Assembly: GCA_036172245.1 (NCBI GenBank)
Contig: JAYWIR010000014.1
Location: 4,340,001 to 4,404,000 of the forward strand
DNA from: Raillietiella orientalis
Lineage: Eukaryota
DNA length: 64,000 nucleotides
Direction: 5' to 3'
Made by a program: the position numbers and the translations under genes. This document shows, piece by piece, positions 60,811-64,000 of the stretch. The notes under the pieces are model-generated. The model saw nothing but the letters and a program-made list of their open reading frames with translations. It ran no database searches and was not told the DNA's origin. Position 1 is the stretch's first letter. Every line of letters starts with the position of its first letter.

Positions 60811-63800
60811 TTTTCTTTTTCGTTATCCACTGTCGCCTCCCATCGAATTTTCATTTCCGCGATGCTATCCCGAGAAACGATATCCAGAACGTGGGCGAAA
60901 AACGGATCCTCGAGAACGTGGTTCCACTTGCTTGTGCACTTGAGACGGTAGGTAGCAACCGGTGTGCGCGTCTTAACGAGCGTTCCGTCGGTCGCCGGTT
61001 CGTTCCTTGTGCGATTTCAACGGCGCCCCTACTTGTTCGCCCCGAAGCGAAATCAGATGACCCGGTCCGCATGCTGGCGGGCGATGTTCTCAGCTGGAAA
61101 GCGGTGCTGTGGAGTGAGCCGACGAGCGTGCCGTCCGGAAGCGAGCATCTTCACGGGGTTGGAGGACCGATGGGACGCGGGATCCGAGGTCACTTGCGAA
61201 GAAAAAGATTTTTTTTTTTTAGCAGTTTTAGCCGAGCAGGGAGGTGGTGCACGATTACTGGTGGCTCACCTGTCGAGGGAGAGAGGGATTCGAGCTGAGG
61301 GCGCGCGCGTTGGGATTTGAAGGTGGGAGGAACTTCCTTCTCGCATCTCGTAGTACCTCGGGAGTGGACGACCGTCCCTCCACAGGCGGGAGTCTGCCGT
61401 CCGCTGCTGGGGGAGGAAGAAGAGGGGCAAGAGGAACAGTGGGATAGGGAACGGACGACGAGGAGCAGGGAGGCGGCAACGCTCCTTCGAAAGGAGATCC
61501 GGGGGGAAGGGGGGTGCTGGTGCTGCCCGCAACCGTAGTTGAGTAGGTGGAACACAACGATCCATGCTCCTCGCTCGGAAACGCTCCGCTGCTCTCACGC
61601 AGGGGCTCCCGACGAGGGAAGCGTCTGAGCGAAGAAGGCGGGCGGAAGAAAAGTCCCGCTTTTTGCGCGCGCGTCCCTCGGGTTTTCGGGAGGAACGTCA
61701 AGAAGGGATGAGGGGGAGGGGGGAAGCAGCGTCCGGGCCACCTCGATCCCACAGGTCCCAGCCTCTTCGTCCTCTTTCCAACTTGATGACCTCTCTCTCC
61801 GAGGATGGTGGTGGAAGGGACCGGCATACCCCTCCACCGCGCTGCTCGAGGGCCGGGCGAGAGACACCTTTGGGTTTCCCCTCAGGTTAGAAACAAACCG
61901 TGGACTCCTTGCCTCCCCGTGAGCTTCGCCGCTTGCGCGGCAGAATTCGACCTGGAAGCTCCACACCCTCTTCCATCACTTCTTTGTCTCTCCCGAGAAG
62001 GAGAACCAGAAAGCTGGCCTGCGCCTCCTCCTCTCCCTGGGCGGCAGCGCTGTCTTCCCTAGGGGGTAGAAGCACCAGCCTTGGGCGCTTGGGCTGACCG
62101 TGCGATCACCCGAAGGGGGTGCGTGGGCAACCGATACTGTTGAACTGGGGAGGCACCTGCGTCCCATCGGCGCACCACTTGCTGTTCCTCCTGTGGCTGG
62201 GAGACTTTGCGCTCCCCTGCGAGGCGGCAGCAAGCGCGCTTGCTCGCCGTACGAGGCTGAGGGGGGGTCCAGTCAGCCCCCGGTACCTGCCGCACTGAGT
62301 GGTACGCAGGAAGCGAGGACTCGGGAAAGGGGGTCCCAGTCGGGAGACTTGTCTCCCGAGGGAGCGGGCTCCGGCCCCGCTGGCGCCGCATCCTCCGTGG
62401 TATCGGGGAGAGAACGGCGAGGGGGTCCTCCGCCAGCCTCCTCCACTCCTTCCCTGTGGCGCGTGCTCCCCTCGGTCACCGGAGGCGGTCGTCCATCCGG
62501 AAACCGAGGGACTCCGGCAACGGTCTCCGTGGCAACGCCAGGGTCTCTCTCCGCACCCCTGTGGGTCCGAGGGGCCGGCTGGAGAGAGAAGGGAGGGGGA
62601 GGGGAAAGGAGGGGAGACATTCCCCCTCAGTGCCGCCGCGAGCTCGAACGGAGGCGACTCTTCCGGAGTGCCCTTGCCCTAGCGCTGGTTCCTGGACTTC
62701 ACGCCGCGTTAGCAGAGGGAATGAGCTCGCGGAGACCGGGGACCGGGAGGAGGAGGACGGAAATCGGGAAGTCTGGTTGTCGACGGAGCCTACAGGAGCT
62801 GCCGGACGCTGGTGCCGCAGGGAGGTCCCGTCACCCTCTCCGGAGTTTCGCCGGACGTCCGCGCAGGAAGCAAGGTTGGAGCTCGGGGCAGAAGCGAGCG
62901 ACACGCAGATCCACCTCGAGTGCGGAACACTGGAGGTCGGACCTCCCCCCCTCCTCTCTCCCGCGCTCGTGGAGTTCACCGACTACCTCGTCAGATGCCG
63001 CGCGTTTCCACGGTTGCGGAGCGGCTTGCAGAGCTGGCGCACCGGAAGGCTTCGCCGCTTCCCGCACGCTTCTCCCTGTTTTTTTTTTCTTTCCCCCTTT
63101 CATGTCCCTCCCTTCCCTCCACCCCGACTCTCCCGAATTCCTTCCTGCCCTTTTTGTTTCCCTCGTTTTTTAACCCCGTTTCGGAAGAATCCCTCACGGG
63201 GCGCACGCGCGCTCCGGCGCGGGACGCGGAGGCGGCCCGCGGAAGGCTTGGAGACCGCAGACTGACCGCGGCGACGTCCCTCCGCCTTGCCTCCGGGGAC
63301 GCGCGCGTCCCATGCCTCTCCTCTCCCCCGAAGGGAGACGGACAGAATCCGGGAACGCTGCCGGCGTCCTGTTCACGCAGAGCACCGCTCACACGGGCCT
63401 TCCGAATCGCGGGAGGCCGCCGACGCGGCCGGGAAGGGCCGGGGGAAACCGCCGCGCGGACGCAGAAGGGACTCAGCGGGGAGTCGCTGCTGCCAGACAA
63501 TGCAGTGGTCGGACCCCGTCGCGTCTCTGCTTCTCCCCCCCGAGGGGCCACGCATCACCGCAAGTGCAAGTGCACGGCGACCTGGAAGAAGCTCAGCATC
63601 CCATTCCCTACTCGAGGCCACCCCATCCTCTACCCGGGAGAGGCGGAGGTCCGCGCGCTTGACCCTGAAGTAGAGAGGTCCCGTCCCGAGGGCGCTTTCC
63701 CGGGAGCCGCTGCGATCGGCGGCTTCCGGGGGGCAGAAGGAGGAGGGAAAAGAGAGAAGGAGGAAAAGAAGCAGAAGGAACAGCGCGAGCTCTTCTTTTT

Positions 63801-64000
63801 CCCCAAAAAGCGTCTCCGAGGACGTTTCTGGGACGGGGAAAGGCGGAGGTCGACCTCACGACGGATCCCTTCGATCCCCCACCTCTCGTCCCAGCTGCCC
63901 TCAGCAAGAACGCCCCCACTCCGTGTCTGCCCTCCAGAGCTTCTCGACGGCACCGCACCTGGGCGCATCGCTCGCGCCGCGGAGCTGCTCAGAGGACACG

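Larger units (their letters stand above)
47640..64000. mobile_element. GC/CpG-rich nest of decayed L1/Tx1-like non-LTR retrotransposon fragments on both strands, plus unidentified decayed coding DNA
   Basis: C-terminal zinc motif of ORF2 in two copies; AP-endonuclease-like fragments (~49882-50030 -, 53444-53950 +, ~54000-54260 -, two of them sharing gggaatcgctggtc); an ORF1-like GQP plus broken CCHC knuckle near 62120-62200 +; many S/P/R-rich low-complexity frames. No intact RT (YADD-type) motif recognised. Confidence 0.6.

Noticed and set aside
61788..61820. Peptide TTILGERG shared between ORF 61255-61827(-) and the minisatellite frame, with different codons
   Set aside because: There is no similarity outside ~10 codons, and one such match is plausible by chance among all six-frame positions of a 64-kb window.
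47650..63968. Long overlapping R/P/G/A-rich ORFs (up to 357 aa) as real genes
   Set aside because: They occur in several frames on both strands, as expected from stop-codon scarcity at high GC, and have no recognisable intact domains.

Overview
Animal (probably protostome/arthropod-like, inferred) nuclear DNA with two sharply different halves. About 1-43 kb is AT-rich and carries six conserved housekeeping genes whose exon chains I reconstructed in frame by hand: PIGP, PPP1R37, BANF1/BAF, MRPS6, WDR43/UTP5 and WDHD1/AND-1. 24 of their 31 coding introns are only 38-54 nt, often with no polypyrimidine tract. Two gene pairs are packed tail-to-tail with 36 and 53 nt between stop codons, and gene bodies are strongly CpG-depleted. 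About 47.6-64 kb is GC- and CpG-rich with no recognisable intact gene; it looks like a nest of decayed L1/Tx1-type non-LTR retrotransposons plus unidentified decayed coding sequence. The most striking structure is a pair of inverted ~830-bp LINE 3'-end copies (49041-49881 and 52616-53443). They are identical over ~780 bp and their two target-site duplications are swapped, the signature of a ~2.8-kb inversion plus gene conversion. Both copies inserted at AC|ACCAA. No rRNA, tRNA or CRISPR array was recognised. All identifications come from remembered family motifs, not database searches.
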